From an uncultured Gammaproteobacteria bacterium (GTDB lineage Bacteria; Patescibacteriota; Microgenomatia; UBA12405), in NCBI GenBank assembly GCA_964503465.1, contig CAZCYZ010000002.1, positions 6,995 to 70,994 of the forward strand: a stretch of 64,000 nt of DNA, read 5' to 3'. The position numbers were made by a program, and so were the translations under genes. Below the pieces are notes generated by a model. It had not been told where the DNA came from and did no database searches. It saw only the letters and a list, made by a program, of their open reading frames with translations. The stretch's first letter is position 1; each line of letters starts with the position of its first letter. Below are positions 54,138 through 63,475 of this stretch, piece after piece.

Positions 54138-54614
54138 ATGACATTCTCGATTCCCAAACAAGTATTGCAGGGATTAAAACAGGTGGTGGTGGAAACAGGG
54201 GAGCAGGCGGTAGAGAATACGGTAAAAGCGGTAGATGCGGTAATAAGTGGTAAGGAATTGGTGGCTGATGCCAAAGAAATTGGACAGAAACATGAAGAGG
54301 CACTAAAGAAAAAGGATCAAGAAGAATTGGCTAAGTTGCGTCAAGGAATGGGGAGGAATGTAGAACCGGAAATAAAACAAGTTAGGGATGAAAAAAAACG
54401 GGAGGAGGAGGATAAAGAGAGGGTGTTTTTGGAAAATCTAAAAAGGCAGCGGGAGGCGGAGCAGGCGGAAATGGCGGCGGTAATGTCGTTGGAGTCGGCT
54501 AATCCAGCCAAAAGAAAAAAGAAACGAGGTAGTGCTTTTGCTAAAGGTGGTAAGTCACGACCGTCACAGAGTGATATGTCGGCAACGGGTGAATTTAAAG
54601 GGAAGGTTGATTGA
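54138..54614 (+). CDS. hypothetical charged protein
   Basis: 158-aa Lys/Glu-rich ORF followed by a strong terminator. Confidence 0.4.
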   Translation: MTFSIPKQVLQGLKQVVVETGEQAVENTVKAVDAVISGKELVADAKEIGQKHEEALKKKDQEELAKLRQGMGRNVEPEIKQVRDEKKREEEDKERVFLENLKRQREAEQAEMAAVMSLESANPAKRKKKRGSAFAKGGKSRPSQSDMSATGEFKGKVD

Positions 54615-54702
54615 TGTGCTAAGATAAAGAAAATGAAAATTTCAAAATATTTTGAATTGATCTGTTGTACCTCCTGTTGACGGGAGGTATTAGTGGCTTT
54701 TG

Positions 54703-54734
54703 ACCTCCCAAAATTGGGAGGTTTTTTGTTTTTT
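54703..54734 (+). terminator. intrinsic terminator (cctccc-aaaatt-gggagg plus T-run)
   Basis: 6-bp GC stem then ttttttgtttttt; preceded by a second hairpin acctcctgttgacgggaggt. Confidence 0.7.
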
Positions 54735-54745
54735 AAAAATAATTT

Positions 54746-55609
54746 ATGCAAAATAATAATTTAATAAAATTAATTGGAAATACGCCGGTAATCGAGCTGA
54801 CTGGTTATTCTAGGAAAGGAGTTAGAATTATGGCGAAAATTGAGGGGGGGAATCCTGGTGGGTCGATTAAAGATAGGGTGGGATGGTACTTGATCAAGGA
54901 TGCTTTGGGCAACGGGAGGATTGGGAAGAAGACAGTATTGATTGAATCAACCAGCGGTAATACAGGGATTGGAATGGCGATGATTTCGGCCTCGATGGGG
55001 ATAAAATTTATAGCGGTAATGAAAAATAATGTAAGTTTGGAAAGAAGGAAGATAATAGAAAGTTATGGGGCAACGGCGGTGGTAACAGATGATCCGTTTG
55101 AATACGTGAGGGGAATATTGGAGGAAAGCAGAAATTATTTGTGGCTTAATCAGTATCAGAATATTGCCAATGTATTGGCGCACTATGAAACGACTGGTCA
55201 GGAGCTAGTAAACCAAATACCTGAAGTGACTCACTTTGTGGCCGGAATGGGGACAGGTGGGACGTTAATGGGAGTAGGAAGAAAATTAAAAAGATGGAAG
55301 AAGGTAGTGGAGATTTTTGGGGTCGAACCGTCGGGGGATTCGGCTATACAAGGATTAAGAAATCATGGGAAATATACCCCGGAAATATTTAAGAGGGATG
55401 AACTTGATGGGGTGATGAGGGTTGAAGATGAAGCGGCTTTTGATTTGGCTAGAGATTTGGCAAAACGACATGGTTTGTCGGTGGGAATATCGTCTGGAGC
55501 GGCACTGTGGGGGGCAATAGAAGTAGGCAAAAAGGTCGGGGAGGGGACAATTGTAACTGTATTTCCTGACAAGGGGGATAGGTATTTGTCTACTAAGTTA
55601 TTTAATTAA
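54746..55609 (+). CDS. cysK: cysteine synthase (PLP-dependent, CysK/CysM family)
   Basis: LIGNTPVIELTG, GGSIKDR PLP-lysine motif, STSGNTGIGMAM, GMGTGGT. Confidence 0.8.
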   Translation: MQNNNLIKLIGNTPVIELTGYSRKGVRIMAKIEGGNPGGSIKDRVGWYLIKDALGNGRIGKKTVLIESTSGNTGIGMAMISASMGIKFIAVMKNNVSLERRKIIESYGATAVVTDDPFEYVRGILEESRNYLWLNQYQNIANVLAHYETTGQELVNQIPEVTHFVAGMGTGGTLMGVGRKLKRWKKVVEIFGVEPSGDSAIQGLRNHGKYTPEIFKRDELDGVMRVEDEAAFDLARDLAKRHGLSVGISSGAALWGAIEVGKKVGEGTIVTVFPDKGDRYLSTKLFN

Positions 55610-55629
55610 AATTTAGGTAAAATCAGATT

Positions 55630-57006
55630 ATGCAAAAAGTTTATTTGTACAACACGGCTACAAGAAAGAAAGAGGAGTTTAAACCGGTTATTGAAGGCAA
55701 GGTGGGGATCTATTCCTGTGGGCCGACGGTTTATTGGAATCAGCATATTGGTAATATGTATGCCTTTACTGTTTGGGATACTTTAGTCAGAGCCTTGCAG
55801 TATGTGGGTTACGAAACAAAGTGGGTGGTCAATATTACTGATGTTGGCCACAATACGTCGGATGCAGACAGTGGTGAAGACAAGATGGAAAAGGGGGCGA
55901 AACGAGAAAGCCTGTCGGTATGGGAAATTGCCAAAAAATACGAAGCCCAATATGTTGATAGTTTGCAGAAATTAAACATTAAACCTGATATATCGCCGCG
56001 AGCAACGGAACATATTAAGGAACAAATTGATTTGGCTCAAAAAATTGAAGCCAATGGGTTTGCCTACAAAACTAAAACCGGATTAGTGTTTGATACCGGT
56101 AAGTTTGGTGATTATGCTAAGTTTGCTAATTTAAAATTGGAGGAAATGGAGTCGGGGGCGAGGGTAGAAGTGGACAGGGAAAAGAAAAATCCTTGGGATT
56201 TTTTGTTGTGGGTGACCAATCAACCAAATCATATTATGCAATGGGACAGTCCTTGGGGGAGGGGATTTCCGGGTTGGCATTTGGAGTGTACGGCGATGTC
56301 AACAAAATATTTGGGGGAAACTTTTGATATTCACACTGGAGGAATTGAACATATCGGGGTGCATCATACCGATGAGATTGCCCAAGGTTTTGGGGCTTTT
56401 GGTCATCAAACGGCGAAATTCTGGATGCACAATGCGTGGCTGACTCTAAAAGAAGGAAAAATGAGCAAGAGTTTGGGGAATGTATACACAGTTGGGCAGT
56501 TAATTGAGATGGGCTATGATCCGCTGGCTTATAGATATTTGGTTTTAAGTTCCCACTATCGAAAAGGGTTGGTGTTTTCGCTGGAGTCATTATCGGCAGC
56601 TCAGGTGGCGTTGTTTAAGCTAAGAGATTTGGCGGGTGGGAGTGGAATGGTGGGTGAGGTGCATCAGGGGTATCGAGAGCAGTTTGGTGGATTGGTGGTC
56701 GATGATTTGGCGACACCAGAAGCATTGGCGTTAATGTGGAAACTGGTTAAGGACGTATCGGTGAAGGATGAGGATAAGCGGGCAACAATTTTGGATTTTG
56801 ATAGGGTGCTGGGGTTGGAGTTGGTCCGCCGGTTGGCGGATGAGGTGCCGGAGGAGATCAAGGAACTGGTCAAGAAGCGGGAAGAAGCCAGACTCTCCAC
56901 AAACTTCCAAGAGTCTGATAGAATAAGGGAGGAAATAAAAAGCCGTGGCTATGTGTTAGAAGATACGGCAGATGGTTGTAAAATAAAAAAACTCATGTTA
57001 TCTTAG
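55630..57006 (+). CDS. cysS: cysteinyl-tRNA synthetase
   Basis: YSCGPTVYWNQHIGN (HIGH region), KMSKSLGN (KMSKS). Confidence 0.9.
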   Translation: MQKVYLYNTATRKKEEFKPVIEGKVGIYSCGPTVYWNQHIGNMYAFTVWDTLVRALQYVGYETKWVVNITDVGHNTSDADSGEDKMEKGAKRESLSVWEIAKKYEAQYVDSLQKLNIKPDISPRATEHIKEQIDLAQKIEANGFAYKTKTGLVFDTGKFGDYAKFANLKLEEMESGARVEVDREKKNPWDFLLWVTNQPNHIMQWDSPWGRGFPGWHLECTAMSTKYLGETFDIHTGGIEHIGVHHTDEIAQGFGAFGHQTAKFWMHNAWLTLKEGKMSKSLGNVYTVGQLIEMGYDPLAYRYLVLSSHYRKGLVFSLESLSAAQVALFKLRDLAGGSGMVGEVHQGYREQFGGLVVDDLATPEALALMWKLVKDVSVKDEDKRATILDFDRVLGLELVRRLADEVPEEIKELVKKREEARLSTNFQESDRIREEIKSRGYVLEDTADGCKIKKLMLS

Positions 57007-57023
57007 ACCGTTTATAACAATGT

Positions 57024-57305
57024 ATGAAAGAAGAATATAGTTTGGTAGTGGTGTTTAAACCCGGTTTAACCGAGAAGGAATTGCCGGTGGATAAGGTGGT
57101 TACATGGGTAGAGGAAGTTGGAGGGAAGGTAGTGGCCAAAAACCATCTGGGACTAAAGAGTCTGGCTTATAGAATTAAAACTTTCAATAAAGGTGATTTT
57201 TGGGAGCTGGAGATTGAGTCGGCAAGACCGTTGAAGATAAAAGACCTAAGTTTATACATGAATCGAGAAACAAATGTTATTCGTTATTTAGTATTAAGGA
57301 AATAA
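57024..57305 (+). CDS. rpsF: 30S ribosomal protein S6
   Basis: YSLVVVFKPGLTEKE... matches S6; rpsF-ssb-rpsR order. Confidence 0.8.
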   Translation: MKEEYSLVVVFKPGLTEKELPVDKVVTWVEEVGGKVVAKNHLGLKSLAYRIKTFNKGDFWELEIESARPLKIKDLSLYMNRETNVIRYLVLRK

Positions 57306-57306
57306 T

Positions 57307-57807
57307 ATGCCTAGTAGATGCTTAAACAGGGTAATGTTAATTGGTAATTTAACTCGTGACCCAGAGTTACGTTATACTCCAGGCGGGATGGCGGTAGTGT
57401 CATTTGGTTTGGCGACTAATAGAGTTTGGGTGACCAAACAAGGAGAAAGGAAGGAAGATGCTCAATTTCATCGAATAGTAGCTTGGAACAAATTGGCCGA
57501 ACTATGCTCACAACTGTTGGCCAAGGGTCGAAGAATTTATGTTGAGGGTCGAATTCAATATCGAGAGATTACTGATGCGAGTGGTAACAGAAAGCAGGTA
57601 TCAGAAATTGTGATTGATGACATGATAATTTTGGACAACAAAGGGCAGAATCAAGCCGGAGCAGAACATAGCACTCCAGATTTAGCTGGTGAAGCACCAG
57701 TAGCCGAAGAGGAAGTTCCGGCCGATTTGGGGGAGATAGTAATTCCCGATATAGAGGAGAAAACTGAGGATAAAAAAGAAGACAAAGTTGAAGAGGTTCC
57801 TTTTTAG
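57307..57807 (+). CDS. ssb: single-stranded DNA-binding protein
   Basis: LNRVMLIGNLTRDPELRYTPGG OB-fold start; acidic C-terminal tail ending DIEEKTEDKKEDKVEEVPF. Confidence 0.9.
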   Translation: MPSRCLNRVMLIGNLTRDPELRYTPGGMAVVSFGLATNRVWVTKQGERKEDAQFHRIVAWNKLAELCSQLLAKGRRIYVEGRIQYREITDASGNRKQVSEIVIDDMIILDNKGQNQAGAEHSTPDLAGEAPVAEEEVPADLGEIVIPDIEEKTEDKKEDKVEEVPF

Positions 57808-57816
57808 ACAAAATTT

Positions 57817-58047
57817 ATGGCAACCAAAGTTAGAAGAATCAAAACCAACAAGCCGTGTGCCTTTTGCGGATCTAAAACATTACCTGTGTGGTCTGACTAT
57901 GAAAAGTTGGTGGAATATTTATCGCCTCGGGGGAGAATGTTGCCGCGAATGTTAACGGGTGTTTGTGTCAAACATCAGCGGGAACTAGCGACGGCAATTA
58001 AGCAGGCAAGACATTTGGGATTGTTGCCATTCACTACTTTGGTCTAA
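57817..58047 (+). CDS. rpsR: 30S ribosomal protein S18
   Basis: CAFCGSKTLPVWSDYEKLVEYLSPRGRMLPRMLTGVCVKHQRELATAIKQARHLGLLPF. Confidence 0.9.
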   Translation: MATKVRRIKTNKPCAFCGSKTLPVWSDYEKLVEYLSPRGRMLPRMLTGVCVKHQRELATAIKQARHLGLLPFTTLV

Positions 58048-58064
58048 CGTAGTAAAATCTTTGG

Positions 58065-58814
58065 ATGAAGACAAAAGTTAAGGCCAGGTGGGTGGTGGAA
58101 GTGCCGTCGGGGGCCAAGGTATTGGTTAGCAAGGGGCAGGAAGTTAGGCAGGGAGAGTTGTTGTCCAAGTTTAGTCAAGTTCGAGTGGAACGGGTAAATT
58201 GCCGGTCGATGTTGTTGCGTTTAGGAAGGGGTGAGATTGATGAGCTTAACAAGATGGGGGGTACTCGAATAACTAAGGGAGAAACCTTTTTTAAAGGTAA
58301 GGGTTTTGGTGGGGTTAAGTTGGTGGCTCCGGTGGATGGAAAATTCTTGAGTGTAGATGAGTTTGGGAATTTGTTAATTGAAGTCGAGACTGGAGAAAAA
58401 CGGGAGTTACGAAGTCCAGTGGCGGGAAGAGTATTTGAGGTTGAAGGTGGAGAGGTTGGGTTAGAATTTGAGGCCAGAGAATTTAAGGGTGAAGGGGTGG
58501 GCTCGGGACGCGTCTGGGCCAGTGGAGAGTTTAAATTACTTAATAAATTAAGCGATCTGGATTGGCACTATGAGGGAAGGGTGATATTTTGCGATCAGAT
58601 TAGCTTGGCAATGGTGAACAAGGCGGAGGTGGTTGGAGTAAAAGCCTTAGTAGCCAAGGGGGGCAGGGACGATGATTTTGATAAAATGGATGTTACCTTT
58701 CCGATTATGCTGTTGTCGGCAGATGACATGGAGGCTTTGGGACAGGCGATGGTTAAGGAAGGGGAGTGTCAGTTGTTATTGGATGTGGCCGAAGATAGAT
58801 TATTAGTAGTCTAA
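58065..58814 (+). CDS. hypothetical protein
   Basis: 249-aa ORF; no family recognised. Confidence 0.4.
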   Translation: MKTKVKARWVVEVPSGAKVLVSKGQEVRQGELLSKFSQVRVERVNCRSMLLRLGRGEIDELNKMGGTRITKGETFFKGKGFGGVKLVAPVDGKFLSVDEFGNLLIEVETGEKRELRSPVAGRVFEVEGGEVGLEFEAREFKGEGVGSGRVWASGEFKLLNKLSDLDWHYEGRVIFCDQISLAMVNKAEVVGVKALVAKGGRDDDFDKMDVTFPIMLLSADDMEALGQAMVKEGECQLLLDVAEDRLLVV

Positions 58815-58821
58815 AATATAA

Positions 58822-60015
58822 ATGAAAAAAATTAGAAATATCGCGTTGGGATTACTAGTGTTGACGGTGGTGGGGGTGGGGAGTTTTTGGTTGGGGGAAC
58901 GACGGGTGGTGGCCGGTATTGAGGAGTCGGGAAAACTTGACTTGTCACTGATGTGGAAGGTCAAGGAAAAGTTGGGGGAGAGTTTTTTGGAAAAGGACAA
59001 AATTGATAATAAAAACTTAATTTACGGAGCAATCGAGGGGATGGTGGCGGCTCTCGACGATCCCTACACTGTGTTTCTACCACCGAAAGATAACAAATCA
59101 GCCAATGAGGATTTACAAGGTGAGTTTGGTGGAGTAGGAATACAGTTGGGGTACAAGGATAAAACCTTGTCGGTAATGACACCGTTACCTAAAACTCCAG
59201 CGGCCAATGCAGGCTTAGTGGCTGGAGATTTAATACTAAAAATTGTTGACAAGAAAAAAAATGTTGACCGGGATACGACGGGAATTAGTTTGGCCGAGGC
59301 AGTGGAATTAATTAGAGGGGAAATTGGGACCGAAGTGACTTTAAAAATATTTAGGGAGGGGAAGGATGAAGCGTTTGATGTGGCCTTGAAACGGGATAAT
59401 ATTGTGGTTCCAAGTTTGGAGTTGGAGTGGATTGAGAAGGATGGGGGGAAGGTTGCTTGGGTGAAACTTTACAAGTTTAGCGAGCAGGTATACAACGATT
59501 GGCCAGCAATGGTTAGTAAAATTGCAGCTGAGAAGCATGACGGTATAGTGTTGGATTTGAGGAATAACCCCGGTGGATTTTTGCAGGCAAGTGTCTTGGT
59601 CGGATCTGATTTTATTGCTGATGGAGTAATAACTTCACAGCAATCATCGGATGGACGAGAAGAGAAATATTATGTTGATAAAAGTCGGCGGAAATTGTTG
59701 GGTGACAAGTTGGTGGTATTGGTTAATGGGGGTTCAGCGTCAGCGGCAGAAATTTTGGCTGGGGCGATTAAAGAGTATGGACGAGGGAAGTTGGTGGGGG
59801 AGAAAACTTTTGGTAAGGGTACGGTTCAACAACCCCAAGATTTTCCGGATGGATCGGGGTTACATGTAACAGTAGCCAAATGGTTATTGCCAAATGGTAA
59901 AAATATTCACAAGGAGGGAGTGATGCCCGACATAGAGGTCAAATTTGTGCGAGACGAGAAGGATCCGAAGAAAGACAACCAACTTGATCGGGCGGTGGAA
60001 GAATTATTGAAATAA
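58822..60015 (+). CDS. carboxyl-terminal processing protease (S41)
   Basis: PDZ region (AGLVAGDLILKI), LDLRNNPGG, GGSASAAEILAGAIKEYGRGKLVGEKTFGKGTVQ. Confidence 0.9.
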   Translation: MKKIRNIALGLLVLTVVGVGSFWLGERRVVAGIEESGKLDLSLMWKVKEKLGESFLEKDKIDNKNLIYGAIEGMVAALDDPYTVFLPPKDNKSANEDLQGEFGGVGIQLGYKDKTLSVMTPLPKTPAANAGLVAGDLILKIVDKKKNVDRDTTGISLAEAVELIRGEIGTEVTLKIFREGKDEAFDVALKRDNIVVPSLELEWIEKDGGKVAWVKLYKFSEQVYNDWPAMVSKIAAEKHDGIVLDLRNNPGGFLQASVLVGSDFIADGVITSQQSSDGREEKYYVDKSRRKLLGDKLVVLVNGGSASAAEILAGAIKEYGRGKLVGEKTFGKGTVQQPQDFPDGSGLHVTVAKWLLPNGKNIHKEGVMPDIEVKFVRDEKDPKKDNQLDRAVEELLK

Positions 60016-60053
60016 TTTTTCAGAATATCTTCAGATTGTGTTTATAATATAAT

Positions 60054-61217
60054 TTGTTTATGGATAGCAAAACAATAAGGAGTTTTTTGGGAGGATTGGT
60101 AGTTGGTGGGGTGCTGGTGGCTGGGGTGGTTGGAGGGGTGTTGATTGACCGAAAGATCTTAGTCAAGGGTGGTAACGGGGCAATAGAGGTTGGAGGTGGG
60201 GGAACGAGGGAGATCGTGGATGAGGAATCGGTAGTGACAAAGGTGGTTGAACAGGCAACTCCGAGTGTGGTAACGGTGTCGATTAGCAAAACTCAACGGT
60301 TGTCTTTTGATCCTTTTGGCTTTGATTTTTTTGGAGGCTTTTTTAATATCCCCCGACAGCAAACCCAGGAGCAGAAAATTGAACAGGATATTGGTACTGG
60401 CTTTATTATTAGTGCCGATGGATTGATAGTAACCAATAAGCACGTGGTGTCCGATACACAAGCAAAATATAAAGTAGTTATTGGCAAGGACGAGGTAATT
60501 GAGGTTAAGGATATCTATCGTGATCCAGTAACTGATTTGGCGATTTTACGAGTGGATAGGAAAGATTTAAAGCCGGTGAAGTTGGGTGACTCAAGTAAAT
60601 TAAAAGTTGGTCAAACAGTGATTGCTATTGGAACAGCTTTGGGGGAGTTTCGGTCAACGGTAACCACTGGAGTGATATCGGGTCTAGGGCGGGGGATCAC
60701 TGCCGGCAGTCCTTTTGAAGGATCAGAGAAGCTTGATGATGTAATTCAAACCGACGCGGCTATTAACCCCGGGAACTCGGGTGGACCACTGTTTAACTCC
60801 TCTGGTGAGGTGATTGGGGTTAATGTGGCCGTGTCCCAGTCGGGACAGAATATTGGTTTTGCCTTGCCAATAAACTTGGTTAAGGAATCGATTAACAATT
60901 TTAAAACAACTGGGGAGTTTGAAAGGCCGTATTTGGGGGTATCTTACAAGTTAATTAGTAAGCAGGCAGCACTTCTTAATGAAGTTCCGGCTGGGGCGTA
61001 TGTTCAAGAGGTGGTAGCAGATAGCCCGGCGGCGAAGGCAGGAATCAAGGTGGGGGATATAATTACTGAAATTGATGGACAAAAATTAGTTGACGGTAAG
61101 GACACTTCTTTGGCGACAATGGTTAACAGGAAGAAGGTGGGGGATAGTCTGAAGGTTAAGTATTGGCGAGATGGTAAGGATGCGACAGTAGAGGTGAAGT
61201 TGGAGAAGAGGCAGTAA
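60054..61217 (+). CDS. htrA: HtrA/DegP-family serine protease with PDZ domain
   Basis: GTGFIISADGLIVTNKHVV (His), GNSGGPLFNSSGEVIGVN (Ser), C-terminal PDZ. Confidence 0.9.
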   Translation: MFMDSKTIRSFLGGLVVGGVLVAGVVGGVLIDRKILVKGGNGAIEVGGGGTREIVDEESVVTKVVEQATPSVVTVSISKTQRLSFDPFGFDFFGGFFNIPRQQTQEQKIEQDIGTGFIISADGLIVTNKHVVSDTQAKYKVVIGKDEVIEVKDIYRDPVTDLAILRVDRKDLKPVKLGDSSKLKVGQTVIAIGTALGEFRSTVTTGVISGLGRGITAGSPFEGSEKLDDVIQTDAAINPGNSGGPLFNSSGEVIGVNVAVSQSGQNIGFALPINLVKESINNFKTTGEFERPYLGVSYKLISKQAALLNEVPAGAYVQEVVADSPAAKAGIKVGDIITEIDGQKLVDGKDTSLATMVNRKKVGDSLKVKYWRDGKDATVEVKLEKRQ

Positions 61218-61218
61218 A

Positions 61219-61641
61219 TTAACGACGCTGGTAAGAGGTGATGCTTGATGTTGGTGGTAAATCTTCGCCGCCAACCGCCACATTTATTTTGAAGTTGTCG
61301 GTGTGTCCACTCAGTCTTTGTTTTATGGCCAAAGCGGCTTTGGTTCTATCGCGCCGAGTGTCGGCATAGGCTTCAGTGAGACCTGATACGTTTGGTTGTC
61401 CCCACGGATGCCATATGGCTTGATATTTGAATGAGCCAGCTTTTTGGTTTTCTTCTTCAAGTTCCTTTACTGTGAGGGCTAGTCGAGGGTCAATAATATT
61501 GGCATGTGTCATTGTGCCGTCTGATCTGATGATAATGCTACCTGCATTTTCTCTACCAGACCCGTGGCGTGAAGCGATGGTTATTTTAACTTCACGAGTG
61601 TCGACTTTGGGGTGTAAGAGTTGTTCTATTGTCTTAAGCAT
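61219..61641 (-). CDS. hypothetical protein
   Basis: 140-aa ORF convergent with htrA; sigma70-like promoter upstream (TTGACT - 17 nt - ATTATA near 61700-61735, minus strand). Confidence 0.4.
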   Translation of the reverse strand: MLKTIEQLLHPKVDTREVKITIASRHGSGRENAGSIIIRSDGTMTHANIIDPRLALTVKELEEENQKAGSFKYQAIWHPWGQPNVSGLTEAYADTRRDRTKAALAIKQRLSGHTDNFKINVAVGGEDLPPTSSITSYQRR

Positions 61642-62186
61642 TGTAACGGAAAACTATAACTATCTTTCGATTAAGGTCAGCGTGGAACGGAATCTGGCTT
61701 CGACTAATAACATGGCCTATAATACCAAACTCAAGGGAAAAGTCAAATTTCTGGACGTCGTGACATATGCGGTTGTTTTTTTTATTTGTGAGATGGGCGG
61801 CCGGTAATTAGATCGATGTCTGGTTTGGGAGCTTTTGGTTGACTGCCGATTTTGGGTAATTTCTCCACATTTGGGAGTGTTGGAAGTCGAGGTGTTTTTT
61901 CAGGTCGGCGTTGGGTTCTATTGGGTGGATGTCTATGACCGCCTTCTAGGCCAGTCAGTTTTTCCCAACTAGGAGATAATGACATGGGGGATTATATCAT
62001 ATTATGGGTTATTTTTTGGATGGAGGGGGAGAGGGGGGCTGGTCAGAGGCACAGTGGCCCCAATCTGGAACTATGCCATCTTTGGAGACGTTTTTGCATA
62101 GGGCACTGGCAGCTTGTTTTGGATCACGAGGGTTGATGACGTCTAGACAACGTTTACAGAATGGCCCGTATCGTTCCCGGCAATTT

Positions 62187-62915
62187 TCAGGAGTTTTGGG
62201 AGGGTTGGTCAGAAGGATTAAGAATTGATAACTCAAGAAGTAGGTCAACTAAATCACCATCGAGACAAGAAGAAAGATTGAAGGATTTGTTGATACGGTG
62301 ATCTTTGATTTGATTACGAGCATAATTGTAGGTACGGATTTTATCGGCTCGAAGAGCCTGGCCAATAGAGGAGCGGGCGGAGCCAATTTGACTTGATCGG
62401 TGCTCTTCTTCGATTTGCCACAATTTGGCACGCAACAACTCCATGGCAATTTCCCGGTTTTGTTGTTGGGAACGTTCTTGACGAACGGAGAAAGTTAAGC
62501 CGGTGGGTTTGTGAAGCAATCTAACGGCAGTACTGACTTTGTTAACATTTTGACCGCCATGACCGCCGGCGCGGGAAGCAGTGATTTCAACATCATCGGG
62601 ATTAATCTGAACATCGGAGGAAATTATTTGGGGGAGGACAACAATGGCCGCAGTGGAAGTGTGAATTCGGCCGTGTTTTTCGGTGACTGGGATACGTTGG
62701 ACTCGGTGGGTACCGGTTTCCCACTTAAGTTGATCATAGGCGCCGATACCGCTAATTTTGATGACATTGTCGTCAAGTTCACTGACCTTCCAACCAACTT
62801 TATTAGCGTAGCGAATGTACATTTTTTGAAGGTCGGAAAGCCAAAGATAGGATTCTTCACCACCAGGTCCGGGACGAAATTCAAGGATAGCAATGTCGGG
62901 ATTAATTGTAGGCAC
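62187..62915 (-). CDS. prfA: class I peptide chain release factor, RF1-type (PVT motif), lacking N-terminal domain 1
   Basis: GGQ motif ([13 protein letters not shown]), [14 protein letters not shown] (PxT tripeptide), alignment by eye begins at E. coli RF1 residue ~105; only 9 nt separate it from rpmE. Confidence 0.7.
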   Translation of the reverse strand: MPTINPDIAILEFRPGPGGEESYLWLSDLQKMYIRYANKVGWKVSELDDNVIKISGIGAYDQLKWETGTHRVQRIPVTEKHGRIHTSTAAIVVLPQIISSDVQINPDDVEITASRAGGHGGQNVNKVSTAVRLLHKPTGLTFSVRQERSQQQNREIAMELLRAKLWQIEEEHRSSQIGSARSSIGQALRADKIRTYNYARNQIKDHRINKSFNLSSCLDGDLVDLLLELSILNPSDQPSQNS

Positions 62916-62924
62916 AGTGATTAG

Positions 62925-63182
62925 CTATTTGACAATTTTTTTGGACTTTTTGACTGGTTTCTTCTTGGCTTGATAGCTTTTGCCCTTAGCAACTTTTTCT
63001 TGGAATTTTTCGATTCTTCCCTTGGTATCAACAAATTTTTGCTGACCGGTAAAGAAGGGGTGGCATTTGCTGCAAACCTCAACGTCAATTTTTTCCAAGG
63101 TTGAGCCGGTGGTAAATTTGTTGCCACAGGCGCAGGTGACTTGGCAATTGTCAAAATATTGCGGGTGAATATTGGTTTTCAT
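62925..63182 (-). CDS. rpmE: 50S ribosomal protein L31
   Basis: [10 protein letters not shown]...CACGNKF...[10 protein letters not shown] matches L31. Confidence 0.85.
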   Translation of the reverse strand: MKTNIHPQYFDNCQVTCACGNKFTTGSTLEKIDVEVCSKCHPFFTGQQKFVDTKGRIEKFQEKVAKGKSYQAKKKPVKKSKKIVK

Positions 63183-63196
63183 AAGGATAGATTATA

Positions 63197-63475
63197 TCAT
63201 TTTTTGGGTCTCGATGGTGTCATGGGTCCAGCATAGGGGACACGTATTCCTGAGTGTTGTGGTCGTCTGGTTGTTCTTGGTTTGTAGGTTTGACGTGTCA
63301 GCACTGTTTCCCAGCCGGTACTTTGCTGAAGAGTATCCAGGGCGATTAGGTCCTCTGGTGATAATTGGCTAGCAAGGTTGTGGCGAATGTTGCCGATATC
63401 GCTTTTGAATGAAACCTCCAGCCCGTGACCGCGAAGTATGTTTTGGGCTTGTTCGACGGTTAGGGGTTTGGCCAT
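63197..63475 (-). CDS. hypothetical protein
   Basis: 92-aa ORF overlapping the hisS stop by 16 nt. Confidence 0.35.
   Translation of the reverse strand: MAKPLTVEQAQNILRGHGLEVSFKSDIGNIRHNLASQLSPEDLIALDTLQQSTGWETVLTRQTYKPRTTRRPQHSGIRVPYAGPMTPSRPKK

Noticed and set aside
61782-61985. 67-aa basic minus-strand ORF between prfA and the 61219-61641 gene. Considered as a small ribosomal protein such as L34 or S20.
   Set aside because: The sequence does not match L34, S20 or other small ribosomal protein signatures by eye.
62187-62915. Programmed +1 frameshift as in prfB (RF2) to explain the short release-factor ORF.
   Set aside because: The protein has the RF1-type PxT (PVT) tripeptide, not SPF. 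There is no upstream sequence before rpmE that could encode domain 1 in any frame.
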